64,000 nucleotides of DNA from Vulcanimicrobiota bacterium (GCA_963805945.1 CAWDVP010000003.1:166762-230761); one strand, 5' to 3'; counted from the stretch's first letter, positions 1-9,578 are shown. Notes: generated by a model not told the origin, from the letters alone. Translations and numbers: made by a program.

Positions 1-398
1 CCGACGACTATCTGGCCAAGCCGTTCGCCTTCGAAGAGCTGCTCGCGCGTCTCGGCGCCGCGCTGCGCCGGCCCAAACTCGCCAGCGCCGAGGAGCTGCG
101 CTTCGACGATCTCACCGTCAACATCGAGATGCATGAGGTCACCCGCGGTGGCCGCCGCATCGGGCTGACGCCGCGCGAATTCGATCTGCTCGTCGCGCTC
201 ATCCGCGTGCCGCGGCGCGTCCTCACCAAGGAGCAGCTGCTCGAACAGGTCTGGGGTCACGACTTCGAGGGCGAGCTCGGCATCGTCGAGACCTACATCT
301 CCTACCTGCGCGCGAAGATCGACGAAGGCTCGTCGAAGAGGATCATCCACACGGTGCGCGGCGTCGGCTACGCGCTGCGCGAAGACGGCTTGCCGTGA
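1..398 (+). CDS. OmpR-family response regulator (5' partial)
   Basis: Frame from nt 3 reads DDYLAKPFAFEELLAR (receiver end), then wHTH motifs LTPREFDLL and IHTVRGVGY. Confidence 0.93.
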   Translation, partial: DDYLAKPFAFEELLARLGAALRRPKLASAEELRFDDLTVNIEMHEVTRGGRRIGLTPREFDLLVALIRVPRRVLTKEQLLEQVWGHDFEGELGIVETYISYLRAKIDEGSSKRIIHTVRGVGYALREDGLP

Positions 399-1798
399 AA
401 TCGCTCGCGGCGCGGCTGGCGGCGTGGTACGCCGTCATCTTCATCATCCTGCTCGCATTCGTCGTCGTCGTCTCGTCGATGACGCTGCTCTCCATGCTGC
501 GGCGCGAGGGCCACAAGGTGCTTGACGCGCGCGCCAACGAGGTCATGATCCTCGGCAAGGCGCTGGGCTCGGATGAAGAAGCGCTGCGGCTCGTGGCGCC
601 TGCGATCGCCGACGATTGGCAGAACTCCGCGGTGCGCGGCGCGATCTTCGACGACGAAGGGCATTTCATCGCCGGCGATGAGACGCTGACAGAGGCCGGC
701 GCTGCATTCGTCAACACCAAACGCGAGCTCGCGCCGCCTCCCGGAGGTCCGCCTTTCGGTGGTGCGCCGCCGAACGGTCCACACGCGATCACCAAAGGAC
801 CGTATCGTTACCGTCCATATCCGGGCGGTTATCTCGTCTTTCGGCCCGGCTTCGATTTCTTGGTCTACAATCTCGGCCCGTATTGGCTGACGCTCGGCGC
901 GGTGCTCGTCATCGCGCTGCTCATCGCATGGCTTGCGGGCAGAGTGTTGGCGCGCCAGGCGCTCACGCCCATCGTCCAGGTCACCGACGCGCTCGACAGC
1001 CTAGGCCGCGGCGATTTCTCTCGGCGCACCTCCGTGCAGGGCGAACCGACCGAGATCGACGCGCTGGCGGCGGCCTACAATTCAGCGGCCGAAAAGGTGG
1101 GCGCTGCGTTCGAGGAACGCCGCCGCACCGAAGAGATGATGCGCCAGTTCTCGGCTGACGCCGGCCACGAGCTGCGCACGCCGCTCACCGTGATCTCGGG
1201 CTATGTCTCGGTGCTGCGCCGCGGCGCGGTCACCGAACCCAAGGTCGCCGATGAGATCCTCAAGACGATCGCCGCCGAAGGCGAACGGATGCGGCTGCTC
1301 ATCGACAAGCTGCTCGCGCTCGCACGGCTCGACAGCATGCCGGTCGGCGAGACCGAGCTGTTCGACGCGGGGCGCGCCGTGCGCGAGGCCGCCGAAGGGT
1401 CGCGCATGCTCGCCGCCGAGGGCACGCTCCACATCGATGCCCAGGATGGACTGCAGGTGCGGGCATATCCCGACGAGCTGCGCGAGGCGGTGCGCAATCT
1501 CATCGAAAACGCTGCCAAGCACGCGGCCACGGCTCGCATCGACATCAACGCCCGACGCGACGGCGACAAGGCGGTCATCGAGGTGAGCGACGACGGCCCT
1601 GGCATGCCGCCCGAGGAGCAGCAGCATGCTTTCGAACGCTTCTATCGCGGGGCGCTGCGAGGCAATGTCGCGGGTTCCGGTCTCGGCCTTGCCATCGTCA
1701 AGAAGGCGGTCGAACGCGTCGGCGGCAGCGTCGAGCTGCGGAGCGAGCAAGGCAAGGGCACGAAAGTGACCATGCGCCTGCCGCTCGCCCCGGCCTAG
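395..1798 (+). CDS. HAMP-domain sensor histidine kinase
   Basis: Two TM segments, H-box ADAGHELRTPL, N-box NLIENAAKH, G1 DDGPG, G2 GSGLGL; GTGA overlap with the regulator. Confidence 0.95.
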   Translation: MKSLAARLAAWYAVIFIILLAFVVVVSSMTLLSMLRREGHKVLDARANEVMILGKALGSDEEALRLVAPAIADDWQNSAVRGAIFDDEGHFIAGDETLTEAGAAFVNTKRELAPPPGGPPFGGAPPNGPHAITKGPYRYRPYPGGYLVFRPGFDFLVYNLGPYWLTLGAVLVIALLIAWLAGRVLARQALTPIVQVTDALDSLGRGDFSRRTSVQGEPTEIDALAAAYNSAAEKVGAAFEERRRTEEMMRQFSADAGHELRTPLTVISGYVSVLRRGAVTEPKVADEILKTIAAEGERMRLLIDKLLALARLDSMPVGETELFDAGRAVREAAEGSRMLAAEGTLHIDAQDGLQVRAYPDELREAVRNLIENAAKHAATARIDINARRDGDKAVIEVSDDGPGMPPEEQQHAFERFYRGALRGNVAGSGLGLAIVKKAVERVGGSVELRSEQGKGTKVTMRLPLAPA

Positions 1799-3138
1799 TG
1801 GCGGCGGATCAGCGGTAAGACTTCGGCGGTCGCCGGCGCGGTCGCGGTGCGCAACGCTTCGACGATCATGCGATCGTACTTGTCCGGCGTCAGCGCGTCG
1901 ATCTCCTCAAGCGCTTCATCATGCGGGATCCCGGCGCCGTGCGGCCGCTTCGCGGTGAGCTCCACGTATTTCATCGCCACGCCGACGATGCGCGCCATCG
2001 GCGCGATCTCGTCGCCGCGCAGCCCGCGCGGATAGCCGCTGCCGTCCATCAACTCGCAATGCTGTTCGACGATGTCGGCGATGGGCCGGTAGTCGCGCCA
2101 GCGTGCGACGAGTCGCGCGCCGATCTCCACATGGCGCGGCGTGCGCTGGCCGGCGACGCTGAGCATGCCGACGTCGTGCAGCAGCGCGCCGCGGCGCAGC
2201 GTCTCCAATTCCGGCGGGGCGAGACCGAGCGCCACGCCGATCGCCGATGCCGTCTGCGCGACCTGACGCGACCGGCCGCTGTCGACACCATCGCGGTAGT
2301 CGATAGCGAACGCGAGCGCCTCGATGAGGTCCCCGTTGACCCGATCGAGCTGGCCGATCTTGTCGAAGAACGCGCCGTTCTCGTGTTCGAGCGCGGCGAG
2401 GTAGCGTTCCGAGCGCGCGCGCAGCGTGGAGTGCGCGAGGCGTATGACGACGAGCGGCACGCCGAAATACAGCAACGTCGTCCAGCGGCCGAGCGCGATG
2501 TCGTGGGCGAGCAGGTAACCGAGCGCGCACAGCGCGCCGAAAGCGAGCATGGCCCAACCCGCGATGCCGTCACCGGAGAGGGCGAGCGACGGCGGTCCGG
2601 TCTGACGCATGATGGCGGCGGGCGCGATCACCTCGACCACGAACGCGATCACGCTGTACGCGAGCGCTGAGAGCAGCAGCGGCGCGCCGAACGCGGCGGC
2701 CGTGGTGGCGACGAGTCCGGCGATGAGCGGTCCGAACACGCAGCCGGCGACGATATACGCGCCGTCGACGCCGGTCAAGCCGCGCGACGAGAGCAGACGC
2801 GCGCCGCCGCGCGCGAAACCGACGAGCACCGCGGCGGGCGTGCCGAAAAGCGCGAACGCGGCGACGACGATGGTGAGCGACGGTCCGACGACGCGCCCGC
2901 CCGAGCGCAGCATGTCGCCGGCGAAAAGTTCGAGCAGCACGGCGCACACGACGAGCGCGGCCAACGCGTACGGCGAGTGCGATGCGGCGAGTCCGGCCCA
3001 CAGCAAGGCGGATCCCGCGAGCGCGGCGACAGCGCGCGCCGCGAAGTCCGGCGACAGGGTCGTCGTCAAGCCGACCGGGCTCGCTTTCGCGAACGGATGC
3101 CGGACCAAAGACAACGGCTTGCGGCGTGTCTGGCTCAC
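1795..3138 (-). CDS. Membrane-anchored HD-GYP domain protein (degenerate metal sites)
   Basis: Multi-TM N-terminus; LLHDVG and DGSGYPRGL motifs; start uncertain. Confidence 0.85.
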   Translation of the reverse strand: MSQTRRKPLSLVRHPFAKASPVGLTTTLSPDFAARAVAALAGSALLWAGLAASHSPYALAALVVCAVLLELFAGDMLRSGGRVVGPSLTIVVAAFALFGTPAAVLVGFARGGARLLSSRGLTGVDGAYIVAGCVFGPLIAGLVATTAAAFGAPLLLSALAYSVIAFVVEVIAPAAIMRQTGPPSLALSGDGIAGWAMLAFGALCALGYLLAHDIALGRWTTLLYFGVPLVVIRLAHSTLRARSERYLAALEHENGAFFDKIGQLDRVNGDLIEALAFAIDYRDGVDSGRSRQVAQTASAIGVALGLAPPELETLRRGALLHDVGMLSVAGQRTPRHVEIGARLVARWRDYRPIADIVEQHCELMDGSGYPRGLRGDEIAPMARIVGVAMKYVELTAKRPHGAGIPHDEALEEIDALTPDKYDRMIVEALRTATAPATAEVLPLIRRH

Positions 3139-3263
3139 AAAGGTATGACCTTTCCGATGCGCGGAGCGTTACGCCCGTAATGAATGCGCCAAAGGGCTTC
3201 GTTCTCTCTTGAGGAAGCGAAAACTGTGACCCCGGGCGGTCGGGAAGGTGAGGAGTAATCGGC

Positions 3264-3724
3264 ATGTCTAGCACAATGGGACGGATCGTACGGGGCGGCG
3301 CCATGCTGGCCCTTGCATTAGCGTCCTGGCTGCCGGTGCCGGCCGAAAGCGCCCAAGTGACGATCGACCTCAGCCTGGACCGCTACGCGAAAGTCACCCA
3401 GCTGAGCGCCGGAGGCTCGGTCGGCGTATCCCCGTGGTCGCGACCATCCATGTGGGCGACTCGGTGGTCTTCGTCAACGAGGACCAGAAATCGCATCATA
3501 CCGCCACCGGGCTTACCGGGGCGGCCCGCTTCAGCGAGCCGCGCTGGAGCGACGCGATGCTCAAGCCCAACGGCAGCATCGGCCCCGGTGCCTGGAGCAC
3601 AGGCGACCTCGCGCCGGGCGCCAGGTCGGCGCCGATCCAGGCCACCGCCGCGGGCACGTTCCTCTACGGCTGCTTCTTCGACTATTCCGCCGGAATGCGG
3701 GGGCAAATAATCGTAGAACCCTAG
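3264..3724 (+). CDS. Secreted cupredoxin/plastocyanin-like protein (frameshift near 3430)
   Basis: Signal peptide in the 3264 frame; IHVGDSVVFVN, HHTAT and GTFLYGCFFDYSAGMRGQIIV in the 3434 frame. Confidence 0.75.
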
Positions 3725-3747
3725 CCTCGAGCAGGGAGGCTAAAGCC

Positions 3748-5148
3748 GTGGAATTTCGCGAGCCCATCGAACAGCTGATCCGCGACCCGCGCGACTTCAC
3801 GCGCGACGTGAAGTTCCCGCCGTCGTCGGAGCTGCGCATCTACGACACCTCGCTGCGCGACGGCGAGCAGATGTGCGGCATCGCCTACACGCCGGAGACG
3901 AAATACCAGATCTGCCGGCGGCTGTCCGACATCGGCGTCCACATCATGGACGTCGGCTTTCCGGCCGTGTCCGAAGACGAGCGGCGTTCGCTCCAGCTCA
4001 TCATGCAGGGCAAGCGCAAGGGCGAGATCCGCGAGGACCTCGACGTCGTCGTCATGTGCCGCAGCACGAGCAAGGACATCGACGCGACGCTGAGCGCGCT
4101 CGAGGCGATCGACGTCGCGCCGAGCGCGGTGACGTTCTTCGTCTTCACCTCGGGCAGCGATCTGCACATGAAGTACAAGATCGGCAAGGCGCTGCTCGCG
4201 CGCGAAGGCAAGTCCGAGGCGGAGTGGCTCGACCTGCCGCTGTCGTTCTACCGCCAAGCGAACATCCGCATGCAATGCGACGCGATCGCGTACGCGCGCA
4301 AGGCCGGCGTGGAGCGCATCGAGTTCGGCGGCGAGGACGGCAGCCGCGGCGACGTTGATTATTTCATCGAGCTCTTCAAAGCAGGTCTCGCGGCCGGCGC
4401 GACCAGGCCTTCGTGGCCGGACACGGTCGGCTGTCTCACGCCGGAGGCGACGCGCTGGCATTGCTCGCGCATCATCGAGGCGATGCCCAAAGGCATCACG
4501 CTGCTCAACCATTTCCACAACGACTACGGGCTGGGCACGATCAACTGCATCACCTCGCTCGCCTGCGGCTGGAAGGCGTTCACCGTGACCGCCAACGGCT
4601 ACGGAGAGCGCGCGGGCAACGTGCCGCTGCACCAGGTGGTCACCGCGCTCAAGGTGCTCTACGGGGTCGACATCCCCGGCTTCAAGTACGAGCAGCTCTG
4701 GGAACTGGCGCGTTTCATGGAGTCGGTGTCGGGATATCCGATCCAGGCGCACGAGCCGATCATCGGCGCGAACGTGTTCGCCCACGAATCCGGCATCCAC
4801 ACGCACGCCATGCTCATCGACCGCCGCATGTACGAGGCGGTGCCCGCAGAGCTCGTCGGCGGGCAGATGCACTTCGTGTACGGCAAGCACAGCGGGCTGT
4901 CGGTCATCGAGGCGGCGCTGAAGAAGAACGAGGCGCGCTTGGCGAAGGCAGGAGTCACCGTCGAGAGCGGGCTCGCGAAGAAAGTGCTCGATGAGGTCAA
5001 GCGGGTGCGCGAGGAGCGCGCCAAGAGCGGACGGACCAAAGAGATCATCGAGCAGTACTACGAGGGCATCAACGGTCTGGGTCTGACGGAAGCCGACGTG
5101 CTGACGATCGCGGAAGCGATCGGCGGCCGGCAGAAGGCGAGCGTCTAG
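3748..5148 (+). CDS. DRE-TIM acyltransferase (isopropylmalate/homocitrate/citramalate synthase family), no C-terminal regulatory domain
   Basis: DTSLRDGEQ, PDTVG, HFHND, GERAGN, FAHESGIH motifs; GGGAGG SD. Confidence 0.88.
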   Translation: MEFREPIEQLIRDPRDFTRDVKFPPSSELRIYDTSLRDGEQMCGIAYTPETKYQICRRLSDIGVHIMDVGFPAVSEDERRSLQLIMQGKRKGEIREDLDVVVMCRSTSKDIDATLSALEAIDVAPSAVTFFVFTSGSDLHMKYKIGKALLAREGKSEAEWLDLPLSFYRQANIRMQCDAIAYARKAGVERIEFGGEDGSRGDVDYFIELFKAGLAAGATRPSWPDTVGCLTPEATRWHCSRIIEAMPKGITLLNHFHNDYGLGTINCITSLACGWKAFTVTANGYGERAGNVPLHQVVTALKVLYGVDIPGFKYEQLWELARFMESVSGYPIQAHEPIIGANVFAHESGIHTHAMLIDRRMYEAVPAELVGGQMHFVYGKHSGLSVIEAALKKNEARLAKAGVTVESGLAKKVLDEVKRVREERAKSGRTKEIIEQYYEGINGLGLTEADVLTIAEAIGGRQKASV

Positions 5149-5155
5149 GCCAGAA

Positions 5156-5179
5156 CCCGAGCTTCGCTCGGGGCGCTAC
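5156..5179 (-). repeat. GTAG-type REP palindrome
   Basis: Minus strand GTAGCGC-CCCGAGC-GAA-GCTCGGG; matches the units at 42316 and 43756. Confidence 0.7.
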
Positions 5180-5217
5180 ATACGACAACAACCCCACGGC
5201 GGGAAAGACAGGACGAC

Positions 5218-6162
5218 ATGAAAGACAACAACGCACACGTCACGGCCGAATGGATCCGTCGGCCGCTTCCGGACCTCGGCGGCGTCGCGCCCGCCGATGC
5301 GGTCAACGACCCCGAGGCGCGACGCAGACTGGATGACCTGCTCATCGAACTGGCCGGCCACCACGTGCGCTTGGCCAACCTCGGCCTGCCGTCGGTCAAT
5401 CCGGCGGACATCCGCAAGGGGCTCGGCATCGACGCGGTCGTCGTGGCCGCGCCGCGCGCTCCTACACGGGTGGTGCGACCGGGGCCGATCAAGCGCAACC
5501 AGCTGCTCGACGAGTTGGGCACTGCGCTCACCGGCGGCGACGTCGACAGCGTCGCATACTTCAACACGAAGTCAAACGCCGTCGAGCACTTCATGCACAA
5601 TCTCGGCGATCAGGAGAACGCGCGCATAGCCGAAGCCGACGCCAACGCGGAGATGAAGAAGGTCGTGCCGGTGACCACAGAGGTCCGGTACGCGATCATG
5701 TCCGACTTCATCGGCCTGGTGGAGGACATCAACGTCGCCGGGCGGTTGCGCACGGCGATCTCGGGCAAGGGCGCGTTCAAACGCTTCCGCGAGGCGGTGG
5801 ACGAAGACGACACGCTGCGGCGTCGATGGCTCGGCTATCGCACGAAGCGGCACTACCACCTCGCCCTCGACTGGCTGCATGCCAACGGATTCACGCCCGA
5901 AGGCATCAGCGGGAGCGACTACGATTGGGAGCCGCACGGGGAGACCAAAGCTGAGGCTGCGAGCGCCGCACCAGCACCCGCGAGTGAGACGACGCCGTCG
6001 GAGGCAACGTCAGTTCAGGCCGTCGCTGCAGAGCCGCCTGCTGCTGCCGTTGCGCCGGCTGCGCCGGAGACACAAGCGGATACCCCGGAGGCAAAAGCCG
6101 ACACGCCGGAGGCCAAGGCCGCCGACGAGAGCGAAAAAGCCGCAGAAGTGACGGCTTCCTGA
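5218..6162 (+). CDS. UPF0158-family protein with N-terminal DUF2384-like segment and acidic Ala/Pro tail
   Basis: AISGKGAFKRFR...RRRWLGYR (UPF0158-like); EWIRRPLPDLGGVAP N-terminus; DTPEAKA twice. Confidence 0.7.
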   Translation: MKDNNAHVTAEWIRRPLPDLGGVAPADAVNDPEARRRLDDLLIELAGHHVRLANLGLPSVNPADIRKGLGIDAVVVAAPRAPTRVVRPGPIKRNQLLDELGTALTGGDVDSVAYFNTKSNAVEHFMHNLGDQENARIAEADANAEMKKVVPVTTEVRYAIMSDFIGLVEDINVAGRLRTAISGKGAFKRFREAVDEDDTLRRRWLGYRTKRHYHLALDWLHANGFTPEGISGSDYDWEPHGETKAEAASAAPAPASETTPSEATSVQAVAAEPPAAAVAPAAPETQADTPEAKADTPEAKAADESEKAAEVTAS

Positions 6163-6290
6163 TCCAAAGGCTCGTGGGAACACGAATAGGCGCGGATCCA
6201 AACTGTGGTCCGCGCCTCTCTTCGTTCCAATGGTGCCGGGTGCGCCTTATCCTTGGGGGACCGCACGAGCGTCACCCGGCTGCATATTAG

Positions 6291-6312
6291 ACGGGGCAAC
6301 CCCGGTTTTGTT
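6291..6312 (+). terminator. Putative intrinsic terminator
   Basis: CGGGG-CAA-CCCCG followed by GTTTTGTT. Confidence 0.45.
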
Positions 6313-6330
6313 ACAACCCTCAGGACGTCT

Positions 6331-6374
6331 GTAGGGGTCGATCTTTAGATCGACCCCCGACCTTTAGGTCGGCC
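6331..6374 (+). repeat. GTAG-type REP, tandem palindromes
   Basis: GTAG-GGGTCGATC-TTTA-GATCGACCC then CCGACC-TTTA-GGTCGG. Confidence 0.8.
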
Positions 6375-6383
6375 TGTCCCGCG

Positions 6384-7214
6384 CTAGTCCACCGAGCCCC
6401 CGAGCGTGAGAAACACGCGGAACACCCGGAAAATCGTGAGGAAATCGTCCGCGCTATAGCGGACCGAGCGACTGCCGGTGCGTTCGCAGCCGGGCACGAG
6501 CTCGGCCATGTCGGCCTTCGAGGTCGTGGTGAGCGTGAGCTCGAGCGTGATGGGCGGCGCGAAACGATAGGGCGTGGCGCCGCTCTTGGGGAGATCGCGC
6601 AGCGCGCGCTCCATGCCGGCGCGCACCGCCGCGCGCGCCTCGAGCGGCGAGAGCGAATCCGCCGCATATCTGCCGATCGCCGTCTTCACCTCGACCGTCT
6701 GGACCCACGGCAGAAAACTGCGCGCATCGGCGCACGCGGTCTGATCGCCGGTCAACAGGATCACGGGAACGCCAAAGGAGCCGGCGACCGCGGCATTGAT
6801 GCGCGCCTCGCTGCACGCCTCGCCGTTGATGCGGACCTCGTATAGCGTGCTCGGGCTGTAGCTATGGTCGAGCACGGCGTCGCGCGCGCCGATCGGCCCG
6901 TGGTAGCCTACGAACGCGGCGGCCTGGAACGACGCGTCAAGGCCCTGGTTCATCGAGAGCGGCTTGGGGCTGCCGCTGATGAGGCGCACGCTCGACGGGA
7001 GCTGTTCGTGGATGATGTTGCGCATGTTCCAATGGGAATCGTTGACGAGGATCTGGCGCGCGCCCGCCGCGATCGCGCCTTCGCACGCGGCGTTGACCTC
7101 GCCCGTCATGAGCTCGCACGAGCGCGCGTACTCGGGCTCGCCGACCGGGTTCGTCTGCGCGAGGGCGGTGATGCCCGCGATGCCCTCCATGTCGGCCGAG
7201 ATGTACACCTTCAT
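6384..7214 (-). CDS. dppA: D-aminopeptidase, peptidase M55 (DppA family)
   Basis: MKVYISADMEG, VNDSH, FVGYH and DHSY motifs. Confidence 0.93.
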   Translation of the reverse strand: MKVYISADMEGIAGITALAQTNPVGEPEYARSCELMTGEVNAACEGAIAAGARQILVNDSHWNMRNIIHEQLPSSVRLISGSPKPLSMNQGLDASFQAAAFVGYHGPIGARDAVLDHSYSPSTLYEVRINGEACSEARINAAVAGSFGVPVILLTGDQTACADARSFLPWVQTVEVKTAIGRYAADSLSPLEARAAVRAGMERALRDLPKSGATPYRFAPPITLELTLTTTSKADMAELVPGCERTGSRSVRYSADDFLTIFRVFRVFLTLGGSVD

Positions 7215-7259
7215 AGGCCGCTCCTTCTTTGGATCGACGAGCCTCTCCCTATGTAGGCG

Positions 7260-7802
7260 GTGAGCGGCGCGAGGGTGAACTCACCCGGCGTGTCACTCGG
7301 CCAAATCGCGCGCTCGCAGCCGTCGGATCTGCTCACCATCTCGGATCTCCAGTTGCTGTTCGCGCAGTTGAACCTCGAACATTTCAGCGGCGTCCTGCGC
7401 GCGCATCGCATCGAGTACAACACGCGGCTCACCACCGTCACCGGGCGCATCTGCTATCGCCCGCCCGTCATCGAACTCTCGCAGCCGCTGCTCGCGCGCC
7501 ATCCGCAGCACGTGCGCGCGACGCTGCTCCACGAGATGGTGCACGCGTGGCTGCACCAGCAAGGGCTGCCCTCCGGTCACGGCGCCGACTTCAAGGCGAA
7601 GATGCGCGAGGTCGGCCTCGACAGCATCTATCACAATCTTCCGGTGCAGCGCCGGCGCAGCGCCCGCCGCTACGTGCTCGAGTGCCGGCGCTGCCGCCTC
7701 GCGCTCATCCGCCGGCGCAAACCCGGCACGCGCGTCTCATGCGCGCGCTGCTCGCCGCAGCGTTTCGATCCGCGCGTCGAGATGCTCGTCCGGGAGCTCT
7801 GA
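7260..7802 (+). CDS. SprT-like zinc metalloprotease
   Basis: TLLHEMVH, HGADFK, two CxxC motifs (CRRC, CARC). Confidence 0.88.
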   Translation: MSGARVNSPGVSLGQIARSQPSDLLTISDLQLLFAQLNLEHFSGVLRAHRIEYNTRLTTVTGRICYRPPVIELSQPLLARHPQHVRATLLHEMVHAWLHQQGLPSGHGADFKAKMREVGLDSIYHNLPVQRRRSARRYVLECRRCRLALIRRRKPGTRVSCARCSPQRFDPRVEMLVREL

Positions 7803-7809
7803 CCGGGGC

Positions 7810-8385
7810 ATGCCCACCTACATCGTCGGCATCACCGGTGCGAGCGGCGCTATCCTCGGCGTGCGCGCGCTCGAAGTGCTCAAGAAGATCCCGGATACCA
7901 CTGTGCATCTCGTCATGACCGCCCAGGCGAAGCGCACGCTCGAGCTGGAGACAGAAAGCCGGGTAGCGGACGTCGAGAGACTGGCGGACGTCGTACACGA
8001 CGAGCGCAACCTGGCCGCCGCCATCTCGAGCGGGTCCTTCCGCACCGACGGGATGCTCGTCATACCGTGCTCCATCAAGAGCGCCGCTGCGATCGCCTAC
8101 TCGCTCAACGACAACCTGCTCGTGCGTGCCGCGGACGTCTGCCTCAAAGAGCGCCGGCGCCTCGTGCTGTCGGTGCGCGAGACGCCGCTGCACCTCGGCC
8201 ACCTGCGCACCTTGACGCGCTTGGCAGAGCTCGGCGCCATCCTCGTTCCCCCGATCACGGGCTTCTATGCCAAGCCGAAGTCGATCGACGACGTCGTCAA
8301 CCACGCGGTCGGCAAGGCGTTGGACGCATTGGGCATCCCAAATGAGCTGTTCGCTCGCTGGAAAGGCGAGACGAAACCCTCCTAG
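7810..8385 (+). CDS. ubiX: Flavin prenyltransferase UbiX
   Basis: VGITGASG, ISSGSF, PCS, RAADVCLKERR, RETPL. Confidence 0.95.
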   Translation: MPTYIVGITGASGAILGVRALEVLKKIPDTTVHLVMTAQAKRTLELETESRVADVERLADVVHDERNLAAAISSGSFRTDGMLVIPCSIKSAAAIAYSLNDNLLVRAADVCLKERRRLVLSVRETPLHLGHLRTLTRLAELGAILVPPITGFYAKPKSIDDVVNHAVGKALDALGIPNELFARWKGETKPS

Positions 8386-9197
8386 CCGCGCGCGATGAGG
8401 ACGATCGCCGCGGCCGCGACCGCGAGCGAGAGCCAGCGCATGAGCGCGACCGCGTGCATGCGCGCCGCCAGCCGCGCGCCGACCTGCGCGCCGGCGATCG
8501 CTCCGATGGACAAGAACAGCGCCGGCAGGGGCACGATATCGCCGTAGTACGCGTGGAAAAGCGAGCCTGAGGCTGCGGTGATCGCGATGATCACCTGCGA
8601 CGTCCCGATCGCGATGTGCGCCGGGAAGTGGAAGAGATAGACCATCGCCGGCACCTGCACGATGCCGCCGCCGACGCCGAACAAGCTCGCCAAGAAGCCC
8701 GTGACCGCGGAGACCGCGATGCCCCCGGCGAGATTGAAGCGGTAGCTGTGGCGCACGCCGCTCGCGTCGACGAACTCGCGCGAAACCTCTCCCACGCCTG
8801 CGGCCGGCGGTGGCTCGCCGCTCGCGGTCGGCAGAGGCTTGGCGAAGAACGATCGCAGCGCCACAAGCACCAGCAGCACGCCGAATAGTATGCTGAAGAG
8901 ATGGCGCGGCACATGTTGCGCGGCGTATGCCCCGAGCATCGTGCCCGGGATGCCGGCCGCGGCGAAGATGAGGGCGGAGCGAAGATCGACGCGCCACTGC
9001 CGCAGGTACGACAGGGTTGACGACAGCGAATTGGCGAGCACGACGACGAGCGACGTGCCGGCGGCGACGCGGCTCGGGTAGCCCAAGAACAGCAGCACCG
9101 GCACGATGAAGAAACCGCCCCCGACGCCCACCATGCTGCCGTAGGTGCCGATGAAGAAGCCGAAGACGATGAAGCCGACGGCTTCAAACCACGGCAT
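8382..9197 (-). CDS. Sulfite exporter TauE/SafE family membrane protein
   Basis: Two GVGGG repeats, GTSL/GTSQ, about 8 TM segments. Confidence 0.9.
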   Translation of the reverse strand: MPWFEAVGFIVFGFFIGTYGSMVGVGGGFFIVPVLLFLGYPSRVAAGTSLVVVLANSLSSTLSYLRQWRVDLRSALIFAAAGIPGTMLGAYAAQHVPRHLFSILFGVLLVLVALRSFFAKPLPTASGEPPPAAGVGEVSREFVDASGVRHSYRFNLAGGIAVSAVTGFLASLFGVGGGIVQVPAMVYLFHFPAHIAIGTSQVIIAITAASGSLFHAYYGDIVPLPALFLSIGAIAGAQVGARLAARMHAVALMRWLSLAVAAAAIVLIARG

Positions 9198-9270
9198 GAA
9201 ATACCGTCCGTCGCGCAAAACGCACTGGCGTGCCCATCGAACGTCCGTTGCCCGATTCGGGTTTGCCGTC

Positions 9271-9543
9271 CTGCGACCGATAAAGCGGCGCTGGCACTAC
9301 GTGTATCTCGTGCGAGCGAAGGATGGCTCGTACTATTGCGGCTACGCGCTCGATCCGCGCGCGCGCGTGGCGATGCACAACAGCGGCAAGGGTTCCAAAG
9401 CGCTACGCGGCAGACGGCCGGTCAAGCTTGCGTATGTACGACGTTTCGCGACCAAAGGTGAGGCGCTCGCATACGAAGCCGCTCTCAAGCGACGCTCGCA
9501 CACGCAGAAGAAAGACCTGACGCGAGGATGGACACGACGATGA
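9271..9543 (+). CDS. GIY-YIG nuclease family protein (UPF0213-like); start uncertain
   Basis: YVYLVRAKDGSYYCGY, HNSGKGSK, ALAYEAALK. Confidence 0.85.
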   Translation: MRPIKRRWHYVYLVRAKDGSYYCGYALDPRARVAMHNSGKGSKALRGRRPVKLAYVRRFATKGEALAYEAALKRRSHTQKKDLTRGWTRR

Positions 9544-9578
9544 AGGATGTCCCATTAAGCAGGACATATGAGAATTAA

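Noticed and set aside
3139..3263. c-di-GMP riboswitch upstream of the HD-GYP gene
   Set aside because: No recognisable GEMM consensus on either strand
7810..8385. ubiX without an adjacent ubiD
   Set aside because: Unlinked ubiX is common
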